32,000 nucleotides of DNA from Raphidiopsis brookii D9. GTDB lineage: Bacteria; Cyanobacteriota; Cyanobacteriia; Cyanobacteriales; Nostocaceae. Shown here piece after piece: positions 1 to 11,450 of this stretch. The first letter of the stretch is position 1, and each line of letters begins with the position of its first letter. The notes under the pieces were generated by a model, which was not told the DNA's origin, did no database searches, and was given only the letters and a program-made list of their open reading frames with translations. A program made the translations under genes and the position numbers. Where the stretch lies: contig ACYB01000035.1 of assembly GCA_000175855.1 (NCBI GenBank), positions 450,001 to 482,000 on the forward strand, in the 5' to 3' direction.

Positions 1-665
1 TAGCCCTTTTTGCTCCTGCTATAGGTTTGCTAATTGGTGCTATTTTGGGTCTTTTGGATATGCTGTTTGATTACTTAGGAATATCAGCATTAACACAAAG
101 TGTTTTGATAGTCATCATCTGGATAGGGATCACAGGAGGTTTACATTTAGATGGTGCTATGGATACTGCTGATGGTTTAGCAGTGACTGATCCCCAAAGA
201 AGATTAGAAGTCATGGCCGATAGTGCTACGGGTGCTTTTGGTGTCATGGCAGCTCTGGCTATTTTACTGATAAAAATGGCTGCTTTGACAGATATTTCCC
301 AAAATCGCTTTTTTCTTCTAATGGTTGCTTGTGGTTGGGGAAGGTGGGGACAGCAATTGGCTATTTTTCAATATCCCTATCTTAAATCTACTGGTAAGGG
401 AGCATTTCATAAACAGGCCATTCGTCATCAGATGGATTTATTACCTAGTTGGGTTTTGCTTTTGGGTTTTACCTTACTCATTTGGGCTTTTAACCAAGGT
501 AACTTTGTTTTGGTTATATTTACCCTAATTATTGGCAATATTATCTCCTTTATTGTTCCTGCATGGTTTAACCATAAACTGGGTGGACATACGGGAGACA
601 CTTATGGCGCAGTGGTTGAATGGACTGAAGCTCTCTTCCTATGCTGTATGAGTAGTTTGACATAG
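1..665 (+). CDS. cobS: Adenosylcobinamide-GDP ribazoletransferase (cobalamin synthase), C-terminal part, truncated by window edge
   Basis: Frame is open to the left edge (no stop from base 3). Translated [17 protein letters not shown]...[16 protein letters not shown] and the [16 protein letters not shown] motif are typical of CobS. Confidence 0.93.
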   Translation, partial: ALFAPAIGLLIGAILGLLDMLFDYLGISALTQSVLIVIIWIGITGGLHLDGAMDTADGLAVTDPQRRLEVMADSATGAFGVMAALAILLIKMAALTDISQNRFFLLMVACGWGRWGQQLAIFQYPYLKSTGKGAFHKQAIRHQMDLLPSWVLLLGFTLLIWAFNQGNFVLVIFTLIIGNIISFIVPAWFNHKLGGHTGDTYGAVVEWTEALFLCCMSSLT

Positions 666-712
666 GTAAGGTAGGGGATTATTAGACATTCCCCAACCCT
701 AAACCACACATA

Positions 713-1933
713 CTATGGTGCAAGTGCATTACCACGTAATAAACTGCCAATGGTTTTGGCCGTAATTTTTAACTGGGTGATTGGATTAGCTGGAACTACG
801 GTCTTATATAAATAGCTGTCAAAAGTCAGCTTTTGGACATCCATGTCATCACACATTTCCACAAATGCTTCCCTGGTAGCATCCGAGCGGTAGAACACGG
901 TTTGTAACAGATCCAATACTTTATAGGTAAGTCCGTATTTTTTATCCCAACGCTTAATATAAAGTTTTAATTCCCTTTCACTAGGAATGCGCGCTCCACT
1001 ATTAGACACTTCCACAATGGTCTCCGCACACATTCTTCCAGACTTAGCAGCAAAGTAAATACCTTCACCTGAGGATTTGGTCACATAACCAGCAGCATCA
1101 CCCACTAAAGCAATTCGACCTACTACCCGACGTGGACGGGGATGTTCTGGTATAGGATGGGCTTCTACCTTAATAATTGTACCCCCAGCCAATTTTTCCA
1201 CTGCACGGGCCCGAATACCAGCTTGTAACTGTTTAATACTGGCTTTATTTACATGCATGGTCCCAGTACCCACAGCCACGTGGTCATACTTGGGAAAGAT
1301 CCAAGCGTAAAAATCCGTGGAAACATCATCTCCCACATACATCTCCGCTAGGTTGTTATAGTATGCCATTTTATCTTCAGGAAGACGAATTCTCTCCTGA
1401 AAGGCGATCGCATAATTATAATCCCCAGCATCCATTTCTTTAGCAACACGGGAGTTGGCACCATCTGCACCAATAATTAAATCCACCTTGAGAGTTTTGG
1501 CCACACCAACGGATCCACCCTCATTGTGATCAACATAATGAATTGTATAGGGGTCAGAATTATTATTAGGTATATCTAATTTATGCACAGTGGCATTAAT
1601 TAAGTTAGCACCCAATTTAGCGGCCCGGTTTCTTAAAAAACCATCTAGGACCTCTCTACGACACATCCCTATATATTCTTCTTGGTTAGTGAGATTGATA
1701 TCAACCTCTCGGTTAGAGGGGGAGATCATCTTCATATTGCGTACCCGACGGTCAATAATATCTGCTGGTAGATCAAACTCACTAACCATACAAAGGGGGA
1801 TAGCACCACCGCAAGGTTTAGCATTATCTAACTTACGCTCAAATAAATAAGTTTCAATCCCTGCTTTAGCTAGAGTTTCAGCAGCAGATGAACCAGCTGG
1901 GCCAGAACCCACAACAGCAACTCGTAATGTCAA
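713..1933 (-). CDS. chlP: Geranylgeranyl diphosphate/bacteriochlorophyllide reductase
   Basis: 406 aa with N-terminal FAD motif VAVVGSGPAGSSAAETLAKAG, LDNAKPCGGAIPLCMVSEFDLP and GDAAGYVTKSSGEGIYFAAKSGRMCA, typical of ChlP. Confidence 0.95.
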   Translation of the reverse strand: MTLRVAVVGSGPAGSSAAETLAKAGIETYLFERKLDNAKPCGGAIPLCMVSEFDLPADIIDRRVRNMKMISPSNREVDINLTNQEEYIGMCRREVLDGFLRNRAAKLGANLINATVHKLDIPNNNSDPYTIHYVDHNEGGSVGVAKTLKVDLIIGADGANSRVAKEMDAGDYNYAIAFQERIRLPEDKMAYYNNLAEMYVGDDVSTDFYAWIFPKYDHVAVGTGTMHVNKASIKQLQAGIRARAVEKLAGGTIIKVEAHPIPEHPRPRRVVGRIALVGDAAGYVTKSSGEGIYFAAKSGRMCAETIVEVSNSGARIPSERELKLYIKRWDKKYGLTYKVLDLLQTVFYRSDATREAFVEMCDDMDVQKLTFDSYLYKTVVPANPITQLKITAKTIGSLLRGNALAP

Positions 1934-2164
1934 AGGTTTACTCCTAATCCTTCAATTTACCTAAAGAATCCTAGCACACACCTTCCCGGGTTCGACCTTT
2001 TCGCTCCTAGGTTTTCACATAATTGCAACATTCCTTCATACTTCGTCATAAATACCTAACCTCACTCCCAGCAAAATTGATTAATTGTGATATGGATTGT
2101 GTTATAAATAAATTACATTAACCCTAGTTGCAAACCGTAGATTAGTAAGAGAGGTATAAAGCCA

Positions 2165-3181
2165 GTGGGTATAGTAGTAGAGAACGTGTCTAAATACTTC
2201 GGGAGTTTTCATGCTGTTGAGGATGTGAGCTTAGAAATTGCCAGCGGATCACTAGTAGCTTTACTTGGACCCTCTGGGTCTGGCAAATCCACATTATTGC
2301 GACTAATAGCAGGACTGGAAACACCGGATCGGGGTAAAATCTTTTTGACGGGTAAAGATGCTACCTATCAGAGTGTGCAGGAAAGAAATATTGGTTTTGT
2401 CTTTCAGCACTATGCACTATTTAAACATTTAACTGTCAGACAAAATATAGCATTTGGGTTAGAAATCCGCAAGTTGGCAAAAAAGAAAATTCAGGGTAGG
2501 GTAGAACAATTACTAGATCTAGTTCAATTGAGTGGATTAGGAGAGCGTTATCCCTCCCAACTTTCTGGTGGACAAAGACAAAGAGTAGCTTTAGCAAGAG
2601 CATTAGCGGTAGAACCTAAAGTCCTACTACTAGATGAACCATTTGGAGCCCTGGATGCTAAAGTACGTAAAGACCTGCGTGCTTGGTTGCGTCGTCTCCA
2701 TGAAGAAGTTAGTGTTACCACTGTTTTTGTTACCCACGACCAAGAAGAAGCTATGGAAGTTGCCAATAAAATTGTGATCATCAATCAGGGTAGACTAGAA
2801 CAAATGGGCACCCCTGCAGAAATTTATGATCATCCTGCGTCAGCTTTTGTTATGAGTTTTATTGGTCCTGTTAACGTTTTGCCCAGCTCTGCTCAAATAT
2901 TCCAAGGTAGTGGTTTTGACTCACCTAACCCAGAAGTATTTTTACGTCCCCAAGATGTGATTATAGAAAAAGCTGGTAATGGAACCAATACACCTGCAAT
3001 AGTTCACCGTGTCATTCACCTGGGTTGGGAAGTACAAGTAGAATTGACTTTAGATGATGGACAAACTTTTACTGCCTATTTAAGTCGTGAACGATTTGAT
3101 GAATTAAGTTTAGAATTAAAAGAACGAGTGTATGTAAAACCTAAAGATGCTAAGTCTTTTCCTCTCTATTATTCAATTTGA
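2165..3181 (+). CDS. cysA: Sulfate/thiosulfate-type ABC transporter ATP-binding protein
   Basis: Walker [10 protein letters not shown], signature [15 protein letters not shown], Walker [13 protein letters not shown]-terminal TOBE-like region. Confidence 0.85.
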   Translation: MGIVVENVSKYFGSFHAVEDVSLEIASGSLVALLGPSGSGKSTLLRLIAGLETPDRGKIFLTGKDATYQSVQERNIGFVFQHYALFKHLTVRQNIAFGLEIRKLAKKKIQGRVEQLLDLVQLSGLGERYPSQLSGGQRQRVALARALAVEPKVLLLDEPFGALDAKVRKDLRAWLRRLHEEVSVTTVFVTHDQEEAMEVANKIVIINQGRLEQMGTPAEIYDHPASAFVMSFIGPVNVLPSSAQIFQGSGFDSPNPEVFLRPQDVIIEKAGNGTNTPAIVHRVIHLGWEVQVELTLDDGQTFTAYLSRERFDELSLELKERVYVKPKDAKSFPLYYSI

Positions 3182-3196
3182 CGTGTTTTATATTGT

Positions 3197-4096
3197 TCAC
3201 TCTCCAGCATGATAGGAACTACGCACTAGAGGACCAGATCGCACGTGGCTAAACCCCATACTTGTTGCTAACTGACCTAATTGTTCAAATTCTGCTGGAT
3301 TCCAATACTTTTGGACTGGTAAATGTTCCCAAGAAGGACGCATATACTGACCTAGGGTAATTCTATCACATCCTACAGCTCGTAGGTCTAGCATGGTTTC
3401 AACTATTTCCTCTTGGGTTTCTCCATGGCCCAACATTAAACCAGACTTAGTAGGGACAGTAGCATCAATTTCCTTAACCGTTGCTAATACATTTAGAGAA
3501 CGATCGTATTTAGCGCCTCGACGCACATAGCCTGTTAACCTGCGTACTGTTTCTACATTATGATTGTAACAAGCAGGTTTAGCACGAACAACAGTGGCTA
3601 TTCTTTGCTTTTGACCTATTTCACCCACACCTGCACCACCCCAAAAATCCGGTGTTAAAACCTCGATTTGGGTTTGTGGATTAAGTAAACGAATGGCCTG
3701 CATAGTCTTGACAAAATGCCCTGATCCTGAGTCCCCTAGGTCATCACGAGCTACAGAGGTGAGTACAACATACTTCAGACCCAACAATTGTACTGCTTCA
3801 GCCACTTTTTGGGGTTCTTCTGTATCTATAGGCATAGGTGAATGGCCTTTATCTACTTGACAAAAAGCACAAGCTCTAGTGCAAGTAGGTCCCATGAGTA
3901 GAAAAGTAGCTGTTTTTTGAGAGTAGCATTCTCCCCGATTAGGACAGCGTCCTTCTTCACAAATAGTATGAATTTGCCGCTGTTTAATAATACGCTGTAC
4001 GGTGGAGATTTCACTAGCTTTACCCAGAGGACGACCTAACCAGCTAGGTAGGGGGATAATTTCTGATTTTGGTTGACTACAACCTGCACTACTCAT
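3197..4096 (-). CDS. lipA: Lipoyl synthase (radical SAM)
   Basis: [12 protein letters not shown] plus the radical-SAM cluster CTRACAFC, and [10 protein letters not shown]...EI. 299 aa. Confidence 0.95.
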   Translation of the reverse strand: MSSAGCSQPKSEIIPLPSWLGRPLGKASEISTVQRIIKQRQIHTICEEGRCPNRGECYSQKTATFLLMGPTCTRACAFCQVDKGHSPMPIDTEEPQKVAEAVQLLGLKYVVLTSVARDDLGDSGSGHFVKTMQAIRLLNPQTQIEVLTPDFWGGAGVGEIGQKQRIATVVRAKPACYNHNVETVRRLTGYVRRGAKYDRSLNVLATVKEIDATVPTKSGLMLGHGETQEEIVETMLDLRAVGCDRITLGQYMRPSWEHLPVQKYWNPAEFEQLGQLATSMGFSHVRSGPLVRSSYHAGE

Positions 4097-4205
4097 ATTG
4101 CAAAATACTCCGTGTTGGTGTTAACTACTATTAATAGTTTATATTTTTATCGGTAAAAAACCGATTTATTTTCTTTTAATACCCCCTATCCATTATCCAA
4201 AAAAT

Positions 4206-4628
4206 TTACCTGCGAGTAAACTTGGTTTTTTTAGGACAATACTCAGAACAGTCTATAGCTGCTTCCGTAAGGACTATATCTGGTTTGACTGCGCACTTGA
4301 GATAATGGTTATTAGAAAAGAATTTACAGTTTTTGCAGGGGACTTGACTAACTCCATTGACAGTGAATGACATTTTCTCCTCTAAAGCAGAGCGAACTTT
4401 CTGGAGAATTAATAAAAATATTGCCCAGACCATGACCAAGCCTAAAGGACTTAAACTAATAGCTATATCAGAAATACTCAGCCACTGACTTACCCCTTGT
4501 TTTTGACCATTTTCTTGGACACTTTCCCTTTGTTTCAGTCGATAAAATGTCTGATTTGTTGCTAAACTTTCCACCTGAGTTTGTAATATATTTTTTTTAT
4601 ACATATCATTTACCTTTGGTGATAGCAT
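4206..4628 (-). CDS. Hypothetical protein with one TM segment and a C-terminal cysteine cluster
   Basis: 140-aa ORF with hydrophobic ISLSPLGLVMVWAIFLLIL followed by PCKNCKFFSNNHYLKCAVKPDIVLTEAAIDCSEYCPK. The true start may be an internal ATG (MYKKN...). Confidence 0.6.
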   Translation of the reverse strand: MLSPKVNDMYKKNILQTQVESLATNQTFYRLKQRESVQENGQKQGVSQWLSISDIAISLSPLGLVMVWAIFLLILQKVRSALEEKMSFTVNGVSQVPCKNCKFFSNNHYLKCAVKPDIVLTEAAIDCSEYCPKKTKFTRR

Positions 4629-4881
4629 CCATCATCTTCAGGAAATTGCGTATTGCGTATAAGTTTACAAATGTTTTTCATGTTTTGATATTACCCCGAT
4701 GCAGTTTTTAAAAACCCCCATAGAAATTTTCATAATTTCATGATTTTTTCAATTATATGTTTAGCGCAATAAAAGTTCACCTATATCTTTCGATAGGTTT
4801 GATTGTAAATATCCAAATCTCTATCTTAGGAAATAACTTTACAAAAGGTGGGGACTCTCGCGTTATCATGTTGGTGGTTTT

Positions 4882-7881
4882 TCAACTGGGTGGGATTCCC
4901 TCCTCCTCAACAGGACGAATGATTGGTGGAGCGGGGGTAACTTCTGGTCTAAATATTGCTTCTAATGCCGCTTCTAAATTTTGCGCCATGACAATACGGT
5001 TCTCATAAGCTACAATCACTCTAGCTAAGGTGGGTAAACTATTTTGGGTTGCTTCCAAATAAATTGGCTCTACGTACAATAAGGATTTTTGAATGGGAAT
5101 AATTAGAAGATTGCCCTGTACTGCTTTCGATCCTTGACGATTCCATAGGGAAATTTGTTGAGAAATGATGGGATCCTGATTGATCCTAGCTTCTATTTGT
5201 TCTGGACCGTAAATCAACCTTTCTTTAGGAAAATTATATAATAGTAGCTTACCGTAGTTCTCACCGTCAGAACGTGCTGCTAACCAGGCAATTAAATTTG
5301 TTCTTTGTTTTGGCGTGTAGGGAAGTAGTAGGATAAATTCTTCAAAGGGAACACTAGGTAAACTGGTTATCAAATAATAGGGTTCAACTTGACGGGGTTC
5401 TCCGCTATAGATTTCATTGGGAATTTGCCATTGGTCTTCCCGGTTATAAAATACTTGGGGATTGATCACATGATATGTCATTAATCGTTCCGATTGTATT
5501 TTAAACAAGTCCACTGGATAGCGAACATGACTGCGGAGATTTTCAGGCATATTTATCAACGGTTGGAACATTTTAGGGAAAATTCTTGACCAAGTAGTAA
5601 TTAAAGGATCCTCTGGTTTAGCTATATAAAATCTGATGGTACCATTGTAGGCATCAATGATAACTTTTACCGAATTACGAATGTAGTTTATACCATTCTT
5701 ATTGCGATCTGAGTAAGGGTAACTACTACTAGTAGTATAGCCATCAATTACCCAATATAGATAGTTTTTACTATCTTTAATTTGTTGATCTTTATCATTC
5801 AAATTACCATCTGCTGCTACTAAATAGGGTTCGCTATCAAATCTCAAAAAAGGAGCGATCGCCTGAATTCGCTGACTAATATTACGCCTGAATAATATCT
5901 TAGTTTCTGGTAAAAAATCTCGTGTAAAAATCATTGGCCAATCTTTGAAATACATGGCAAATAACCAACGTTTCCACCCAGATCCAATAGTAATTCCCCC
6001 TTGACCATCGTAGGTATTATAAATATTATCTGCACCGCTAGGATAATCTAATTCTTTAACCCTAGTTCCGGTCATGACATGAGTATTGGAAATTTCTCCA
6101 TAATAAATTCGTGGCTCACCAATAGGTATACTCTGATCAATAGCTGCATTAGCTGTAGTTAGAGCTTTACCATTACCACTTATATCTTTGACAAAATATT
6201 CTGGCAACCCTCCAGGTGCAGCTGTATTAACAGGACTAATTGTAAATCCATAACCATGGGTGTAGACTAAACTGCGATTGACCCAAGTTTGTGCTTGGGG
6301 GGGAACAGCATCATAATCTAATTCTCGTGCAGCAATTAGGACTTGACGTTTTTCTGGAACTGTCTGTGGTTGTGTTTGAGTTTCTGTGGTAATTTCTTTT
6401 TTAATCATGTAGCGGTCAATATCCGCATCGGGAAACCGGTAATAGGGACGAATTTGCTGTAATTGACGATTAGTTTTTAAAAGTGGTTCTTGATCCCATA
6501 GTCGAATATTCCTAATAGTTAAATCATTGGCCTTTAGATCGGACCTAGTCAGGTTTTGTTGGGGGTTAAAAGTTTGAGCATCAATGGAGTCTAAATCAAA
6601 TGCTTGACGGGTAAGAGCAATAGTACGTTCTATATAGGGTTTTTCTCTTTCCAGTTCATTGGGTTGTACTACCAGATATTGCATGATGTTGGGTATCATC
6701 CAGTCAGTCAGGATTATTAATCCTGCATAAATCCCTAAGCCATAAATTGCCCATTGATGATGGGGAGATTTGCGATGCCAAAATAAACTTTGCCATAATA
6801 GGTAAAACGCTAAAATAACCGCGCCCACGCAAAGTATGGTATTAGCTGGTAACTGAAAATGCACATCGGTAAAACTAGCGCCAAAACTCACTCCCCGGGG
6901 TGAATACACCAGCTGATAGCGCCCTAACCAATAACTAAAACCTAATCCCAGCATCATCCCACCAGCTAGGGTGAATAAATGACGTTTCTGTTTCGGTGCA
7001 AACCCGGGAAATATACCCTGACTAAGACTATTGCCCGATAGTAAATAGGTAAGAGCAACTGATATGATTCCATATACACATAATCCTAAAAACCAAAAAC
7101 AGAGAATTTCTGCTACTGGTAAAGAAAATACGTAAAAGCTGATATCTTTGCCAAATAAAGGTTCGGTCTGGTTAAAAGCTGTAGGATAAAAGTATAATAA
7201 GACTGTATTCCATCTTTGACATGCTAACCAGCCAAAACCACAACTGATAATTATGGCGATCGCCCACAGCAAAAATTCCCCATACACTAAAATAGCTATC
7301 CCTATCCCTAATGCCAATATAAAATACCTAAATTGAGATATTATCCTGATTAAGATTCGGGGGATTATTTCAGATCTAAATACAATTGTCAAATCAGATA
7401 AATCATCAATTAGGGTACTTGGGTTTCGCCAGTAGCTGATGACCAATTCTCCATACCAGATTAATATTATTCCTATTAACAAGCTCAAACCCAAGGTCAA
7501 TGGTAATAACCAAATGAATTTAATTGGTTGGGTTCCAGTTTCTATGTGTTCTGGTTGATATAGTTGTGGATATTGGGGACTCAAAAACTTTTTGATTCTG
7601 GTACTTAACTTATTTTTTCCTGTAATTGCTGGATCCATCTTCAACTCTTGAGGATATTGCCACTTTTTCGCTAAGGAAAGGTTTCCCCAAAAATATATTA
7701 TGCTCGTCCCAGTAATAATCACCCAGATCATACCCTGAGTTATTAGTCGCACTAGTAAGTTGGGCAAGTAACCCACTTCCTGAAACCAAAAAATTTCTGC
7801 TCCTAAAGAGCACGCTAAGTCTAAACCCAGCCATAACCCCAGGAAAACAATAATAACTTTAACGCACCACTTCCAAAACAT
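4882..7881 (-). CDS. UPF0182 family large membrane protein
   Basis: 999 aa with several N-terminal TM helices, FGRDISFYVF-like motif ([13 protein letters not shown]), [20 protein letters not shown] and the soluble [11 protein letters not shown]... domain typical of UPF0182. Confidence 0.9.
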   Translation of the reverse strand: MFWKWCVKVIIVFLGLWLGLDLACSLGAEIFWFQEVGYLPNLLVRLITQGMIWVIITGTSIIYFWGNLSLAKKWQYPQELKMDPAITGKNKLSTRIKKFLSPQYPQLYQPEHIETGTQPIKFIWLLPLTLGLSLLIGIILIWYGELVISYWRNPSTLIDDLSDLTIVFRSEIIPRILIRIISQFRYFILALGIGIAILVYGEFLLWAIAIIISCGFGWLACQRWNTVLLYFYPTAFNQTEPLFGKDISFYVFSLPVAEILCFWFLGLCVYGIISVALTYLLSGNSLSQGIFPGFAPKQKRHLFTLAGGMMLGLGFSYWLGRYQLVYSPRGVSFGASFTDVHFQLPANTILCVGAVILAFYLLWQSLFWHRKSPHHQWAIYGLGIYAGLIILTDWMIPNIMQYLVVQPNELEREKPYIERTIALTRQAFDLDSIDAQTFNPQQNLTRSDLKANDLTIRNIRLWDQEPLLKTNRQLQQIRPYYRFPDADIDRYMIKKEITTETQTQPQTVPEKRQVLIAARELDYDAVPPQAQTWVNRSLVYTHGYGFTISPVNTAAPGGLPEYFVKDISGNGKALTTANAAIDQSIPIGEPRIYYGEISNTHVMTGTRVKELDYPSGADNIYNTYDGQGGITIGSGWKRWLFAMYFKDWPMIFTRDFLPETKILFRRNISQRIQAIAPFLRFDSEPYLVAADGNLNDKDQQIKDSKNYLYWVIDGYTTSSSYPYSDRNKNGINYIRNSVKVIIDAYNGTIRFYIAKPEDPLITTWSRIFPKMFQPLINMPENLRSHVRYPVDLFKIQSERLMTYHVINPQVFYNREDQWQIPNEIYSGEPRQVEPYYLITSLPSVPFEEFILLLPYTPKQRTNLIAWLAARSDGENYGKLLLYNFPKERLIYGPEQIEARINQDPIISQQISLWNRQGSKAVQGNLLIIPIQKSLLYVEPIYLEATQNSLPTLARVIVAYENRIVMAQNLEAALEAIFRPEVTPAPPIIRPVEEEGIPPS

Positions 7882-7909
7882 CTACTTTCTGGGAAGAACT
7901 CTTTACATC

Positions 7910-9358
7910 CTACATTTTACTTCTGGTTTTTAAAAACTTTAGACATTCTCCCAGAAAGTTTTGGGGAATCTCTATACTCTCACCCCAGTGTTGATGTATA
8001 TAGGAAGCGTGCACATTGGGTAAATTCCATCCTTCCCATCCCATACTTTCTTCACAGTCATAACGAAAAGTATTAAATAAGGGATATGTGGTTGCACTAT
8101 TTAAACAAGAACGATGAAACTCGTGGCCATAAATATTTTTCCCCCATGGTGTAAAAAACTGTTTTCTAAAACTACTGCGCGACGATAACCTAGAGTTAGT
8201 TTTTTTATCCATTTTCGCTGATGTTGGTATTATTCCTACCATAGACCAGGGTTGATTATCAAAGTCAATGATGCTTTCACATAAATACATTAAACCTCCA
8301 CATTCTGCGATGGTTGGTATTCCGGATAAAATTATATTCTTCACCTGGTGAATTACCTGAATATTAGCCTCTAGTTCTTGAGCAAAGACTTCGGGAAAAC
8401 CACCGCCAAAATACATCCCTTGAATATTGTTAGGTAATTGATCATCATTGATAGGACTCCAAAATACTAATTCTGCTCCCAGTTCCTGTAATAGGTCTAG
8501 GTTGTCTTGATAATAGAAGTTGAAGGCTTTATCCCAGGCTACGGCAATTCTAATTTTATCATCTAATTCTTGAAAATTATTACCACTGAGTCCATTTAAA
8601 TTGCCTGGATTGCTTAATAATTTAGGCTCCTTGAACTGATTCGCTCGCAACAGTGGTAATAATAATTCCCAATCAAAACAATTATCTCCTAACTTTGCCA
8701 ACTGGTCAATCACCCTGTCTAGGGCGGTTAATTCTCCTGTGGGCACTAAACCCAAATGACGATCAGGAATGCTTATATTATCTTCCCTTTTTAATACACC
8801 AACAATAGGTAAACCAACATTTTTTAGGGAACTTTTTAATAAAGATAAATGGCGATCGCTCCCCACCCTATTCAATACCAATCCAGCAATTTTTATTCTG
8901 GGATCTAAATAACAGTAACCATGAGCAATAGCAGCTACAGAACCGGACAGACGACTACAGTCAATCACTAATATGACGGGAACATCTAACAATTTAGCTA
9001 CATGAGCGGTACTGGCAAAATCCACTGGGTAATTAATCCTATCACTTTTATTATCAATAATTAGTGACGAAGCACCTACGCCGTCGAATAAACCCATTAC
9101 TCCTTCAATCAAAGCATATTCAGATTTCTCACTGTGGAGTTTAAAGCATTTTTGAATATACTGTTCAGAGGTCAAAACTGCATCCAAATTACGACAGGGT
9201 TGATTGGTTACATATTGATGAAACATAGGATCAATATAATCTGGACCAACTTTAAAAGATTGAACACTAACTCCCTGACGACATAGGGATGATAAAAGTG
9301 AGAGTGTTACAGTAGTTTTACCCACCCCACTCCGCTCTCCAGCAATAATCACGGTCAT
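7910..9358 (-). CDS. cobB: Cobyrinate a,c-diamide synthase (CbiA/CobB family)
   Basis: GERSGVGKTTVTLSLLSSL, FKVGPDYIDPMFH, the glutaminase-like GGFPEVFA...IPTIAECGGLMYL and YGHEFHRS. Confidence 0.93.
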   Translation of the reverse strand: MTVIIAGERSGVGKTTVTLSLLSSLCRQGVSVQSFKVGPDYIDPMFHQYVTNQPCRNLDAVLTSEQYIQKCFKLHSEKSEYALIEGVMGLFDGVGASSLIIDNKSDRINYPVDFASTAHVAKLLDVPVILVIDCSRLSGSVAAIAHGYCYLDPRIKIAGLVLNRVGSDRHLSLLKSSLKNVGLPIVGVLKREDNISIPDRHLGLVPTGELTALDRVIDQLAKLGDNCFDWELLLPLLRANQFKEPKLLSNPGNLNGLSGNNFQELDDKIRIAVAWDKAFNFYYQDNLDLLQELGAELVFWSPINDDQLPNNIQGMYFGGGFPEVFAQELEANIQVIHQVKNIILSGIPTIAECGGLMYLCESIIDFDNQPWSMVGIIPTSAKMDKKTNSRLSSRSSFRKQFFTPWGKNIYGHEFHRSCLNSATTYPLFNTFRYDCEESMGWEGWNLPNVHASYIHQHWGESIEIPQNFLGECLKFLKTRSKM

Positions 9359-9450
9359 GAATTTGATGATTAGATGATTAATAATCCAAAGTACTAAATT
9401 ATAATACCATTACCACTAAACTAATAAACTAATAACCACCTTATTAACAA

Positions 9451-9957
9451 ATGTACTTATATCTAATCCGTCATGGTATTGCTCAAGAACATCAATTAGA
9501 TATTAAAGACGAAGAGCGATCGCTCACTACAGAAGGTAGAAAGAAAACGGAAAAAATTGCCCAAAGACTAATCCAACTGAAATTTAAATTCGATTTAATC
9601 TTAACTAGTCCTTTAGTTCGCGCTAAACAAACGGCAGAAATTCTTATGCAGGCTGGACTGAGTTCCCAATTAGAAACTTCATTACATTTGAGCTGGGAAG
9701 GAAATGTTCACAATTGGATACAAGAATGGTTAGAACGGAGAAGACATGATCAAAAATATGACCAGCAAATTAATTTAGCATTAGTCGGACACGAACCCTG
9801 TTTAAGCAGTTGGGCGGAAATTCTTGTTTGGGGAGAAGCAAAAGAAAAACTCATCCTCAAAAAAGCAGGTATAATAGGAATAGAGGTGCCAAATAATGGC
9901 TCTATAGTGGGTCGTGGTCAAGTGTTTTGGTTGACACCCCCGAAATACCTGTTATAA
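9451..9957 (+). CDS. sixA: Phosphohistidine phosphatase SixA-like (histidine phosphatase superfamily)
   Basis: N-terminal LYLIRHGIA (RHG), LTSPLVRAKQTAEIL and LVGHEPCLSSW. Confidence 0.88.
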   Translation: MYLYLIRHGIAQEHQLDIKDEERSLTTEGRKKTEKIAQRLIQLKFKFDLILTSPLVRAKQTAEILMQAGLSSQLETSLHLSWEGNVHNWIQEWLERRRHDQKYDQQINLALVGHEPCLSSWAEILVWGEAKEKLILKKAGIIGIEVPNNGSIVGRGQVFWLTPPKYLL

Positions 9958-10072
9958 CAGTTTTTTTGAGCTTTCGCATACAATGGTTGTTAAATCAACA
10001 ACTATTAACTGTGAGGGGGGTCCCTGGTAAGTTAGCTTGTTGCTGATATTTCATAAGGTAAACGGTGTAACC

Positions 10073-11209
10073 ATGACGGTGTGCGAGTATAAGCCAGGTT
10101 TAGAGGGAATTCCTGCAGCCCAGTCTAGTATTAGTCATGTGGACGGGCAAAAGGGAGTTTTAGAGTATCGTGGCATTAAAATTGAGGAACTGGCAGCTAA
10201 AAGTACCTTCTTAGAGACTGCCTATCTCCTAATCTGGGGGAAACTACCCACTAAGGAGGAACTGGTAGACTTTGAAGAGGAGATTATCAGCCATAGACGG
10301 ATAAAATACCGTATTCGGGATATGATGAAATGCTTTCCTGAAAGCGGACATCCGATGGATGCTTTACAAGCTTCAGCAGCAGCATTAGGACTATTCTATT
10401 CTCGTCGAGATCTCCATAATCCGGTATACATCCGAGATGCAGTAGTGCGGTTAATAGCCACAATCCCCACCATGGTAGCGGCATTTCAACTAATGCGTAA
10501 GGGCAATGATCCAGTTAAACCTAGGGATGATCTGAATTATGCTGCCAACTTCTTGTACATGCTCAATGAAAAAGAGCCTGATCCCTTAGCGGCAAGAATT
10601 TTCGATGTTTGCTTAATTCTTCATGTTGAGCATACCATGAACGCATCTACTTTTAGTGCACGAGTTACGGCTTCTACACTAACCGATCCCTATGCTGTTG
10701 TAGCTAGTGCGGTAGGTACTTTGGGTGGACCATTACATGGGGGGGCTAATGAAGAAGTTATACAGATGTTAGAAGAAATTGGCTCTGTAGATAATGTTGC
10801 GCCCTATTTAGAAGACCGTCTGCAAAAAAAAGCCAAAATTATGGGGTTCGGACATCGTGTCTACAAAGTTAAAGACCCCAGGGCCACAATTCTACAAGAC
10901 CTAGCCCTACAACTATTCGATAAGTTTGGATCTGACGAATATTATGCTATTGCTCAAGAAGTAGAAAGAATCATGACCGAGAAAGTTGGTAATAAGGGAA
11001 TATATCCTAACGTTGACTTCTATTCCGGTTTAGTCTATAGGAAGATGGGCATTCCGACAGACTTGTTTACGCCCGTATTTGCGATCGCTCGTGTTGCTGG
11101 TTGGTTAGCTCACTGGAAAGAACAACTAGAGGAAAATCGCATTTTCCGTCCCACCCAGGTTTATAACGGTCTACATGGAATAGCTTACACTGCTATAGAT
11201 CAGCGTTAA
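10073..11209 (+). CDS. gltA: Citrate synthase
   Basis: MTVCEYKPGLEGIPAAQSSISHVDGQKGVLEYRG, GPLHGGANE and GFGHRVYKVKDPR. The ORF track starts at 10037, but the ATG at 10073 fits the family N-terminus better. Confidence 0.92.
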   Translation: MTVCEYKPGLEGIPAAQSSISHVDGQKGVLEYRGIKIEELAAKSTFLETAYLLIWGKLPTKEELVDFEEEIISHRRIKYRIRDMMKCFPESGHPMDALQASAAALGLFYSRRDLHNPVYIRDAVVRLIATIPTMVAAFQLMRKGNDPVKPRDDLNYAANFLYMLNEKEPDPLAARIFDVCLILHVEHTMNASTFSARVTASTLTDPYAVVASAVGTLGGPLHGGANEEVIQMLEEIGSVDNVAPYLEDRLQKKAKIMGFGHRVYKVKDPRATILQDLALQLFDKFGSDEYYAIAQEVERIMTEKVGNKGIYPNVDFYSGLVYRKMGIPTDLFTPVFAIARVAGWLAHWKEQLEENRIFRPTQVYNGLHGIAYTAIDQR

Positions 11210-11216
11210 TGATGAG

Positions 11217-11242
11217 GGGGGGAATCAAACCTTGTTCCCCCC
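11217..11242 (+). terminator. GC-rich hairpin just 3' of gltA, possible terminator
   Basis: GGGGGGAA (11217-11224) pairs with TTCCCCCC (11235-11242) as an 8-bp stem with a 10-nt loop, starting 7 nt after the gltA stop. There is no U-tract. Confidence 0.4.
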
Positions 11243-11450
11243 TTAGAACCAATCTCAATCATAAGTAGAAGTTGTTATCTGGGATCAATTGACGAAACCC
11301 ATCTAAAGATATACTAGACTCAGTAATTGGCAACAAGTCTGCCATTAGCCACCATCTCAGTTGAGATGATACACCAGTGAATTTACCTTTATTAATTTAC
11401 CTAATATTCGTAGATTTACGACAAGTTGACGACTACAAAGAGTAGCAAAA

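Noticed and set aside
325-528. Short minus-strand ORF inside cobS, plus similar antisense ORFs (1590-1850, 2548-2784, 4757-5008, 7610-7834, 10287-10484, 11426-11707, 13476-13781, 13911-14096, 16476-16664, 17040-17282, 17443-17682, 19998-20285, 25121-25321, 27313-28143, 30854-31039)
   Set aside because: Each lies mostly or wholly over a well-supported gene, or in the same place in another frame, with no recognisable motif. These are treated as shadow ORFs.
7910-9450. Possible cobalamin riboswitch upstream of cobB/cbiA
   Set aside because: The region 9359-9450 is short and AT-rich. I saw no B12-box-like GCCACTG element.
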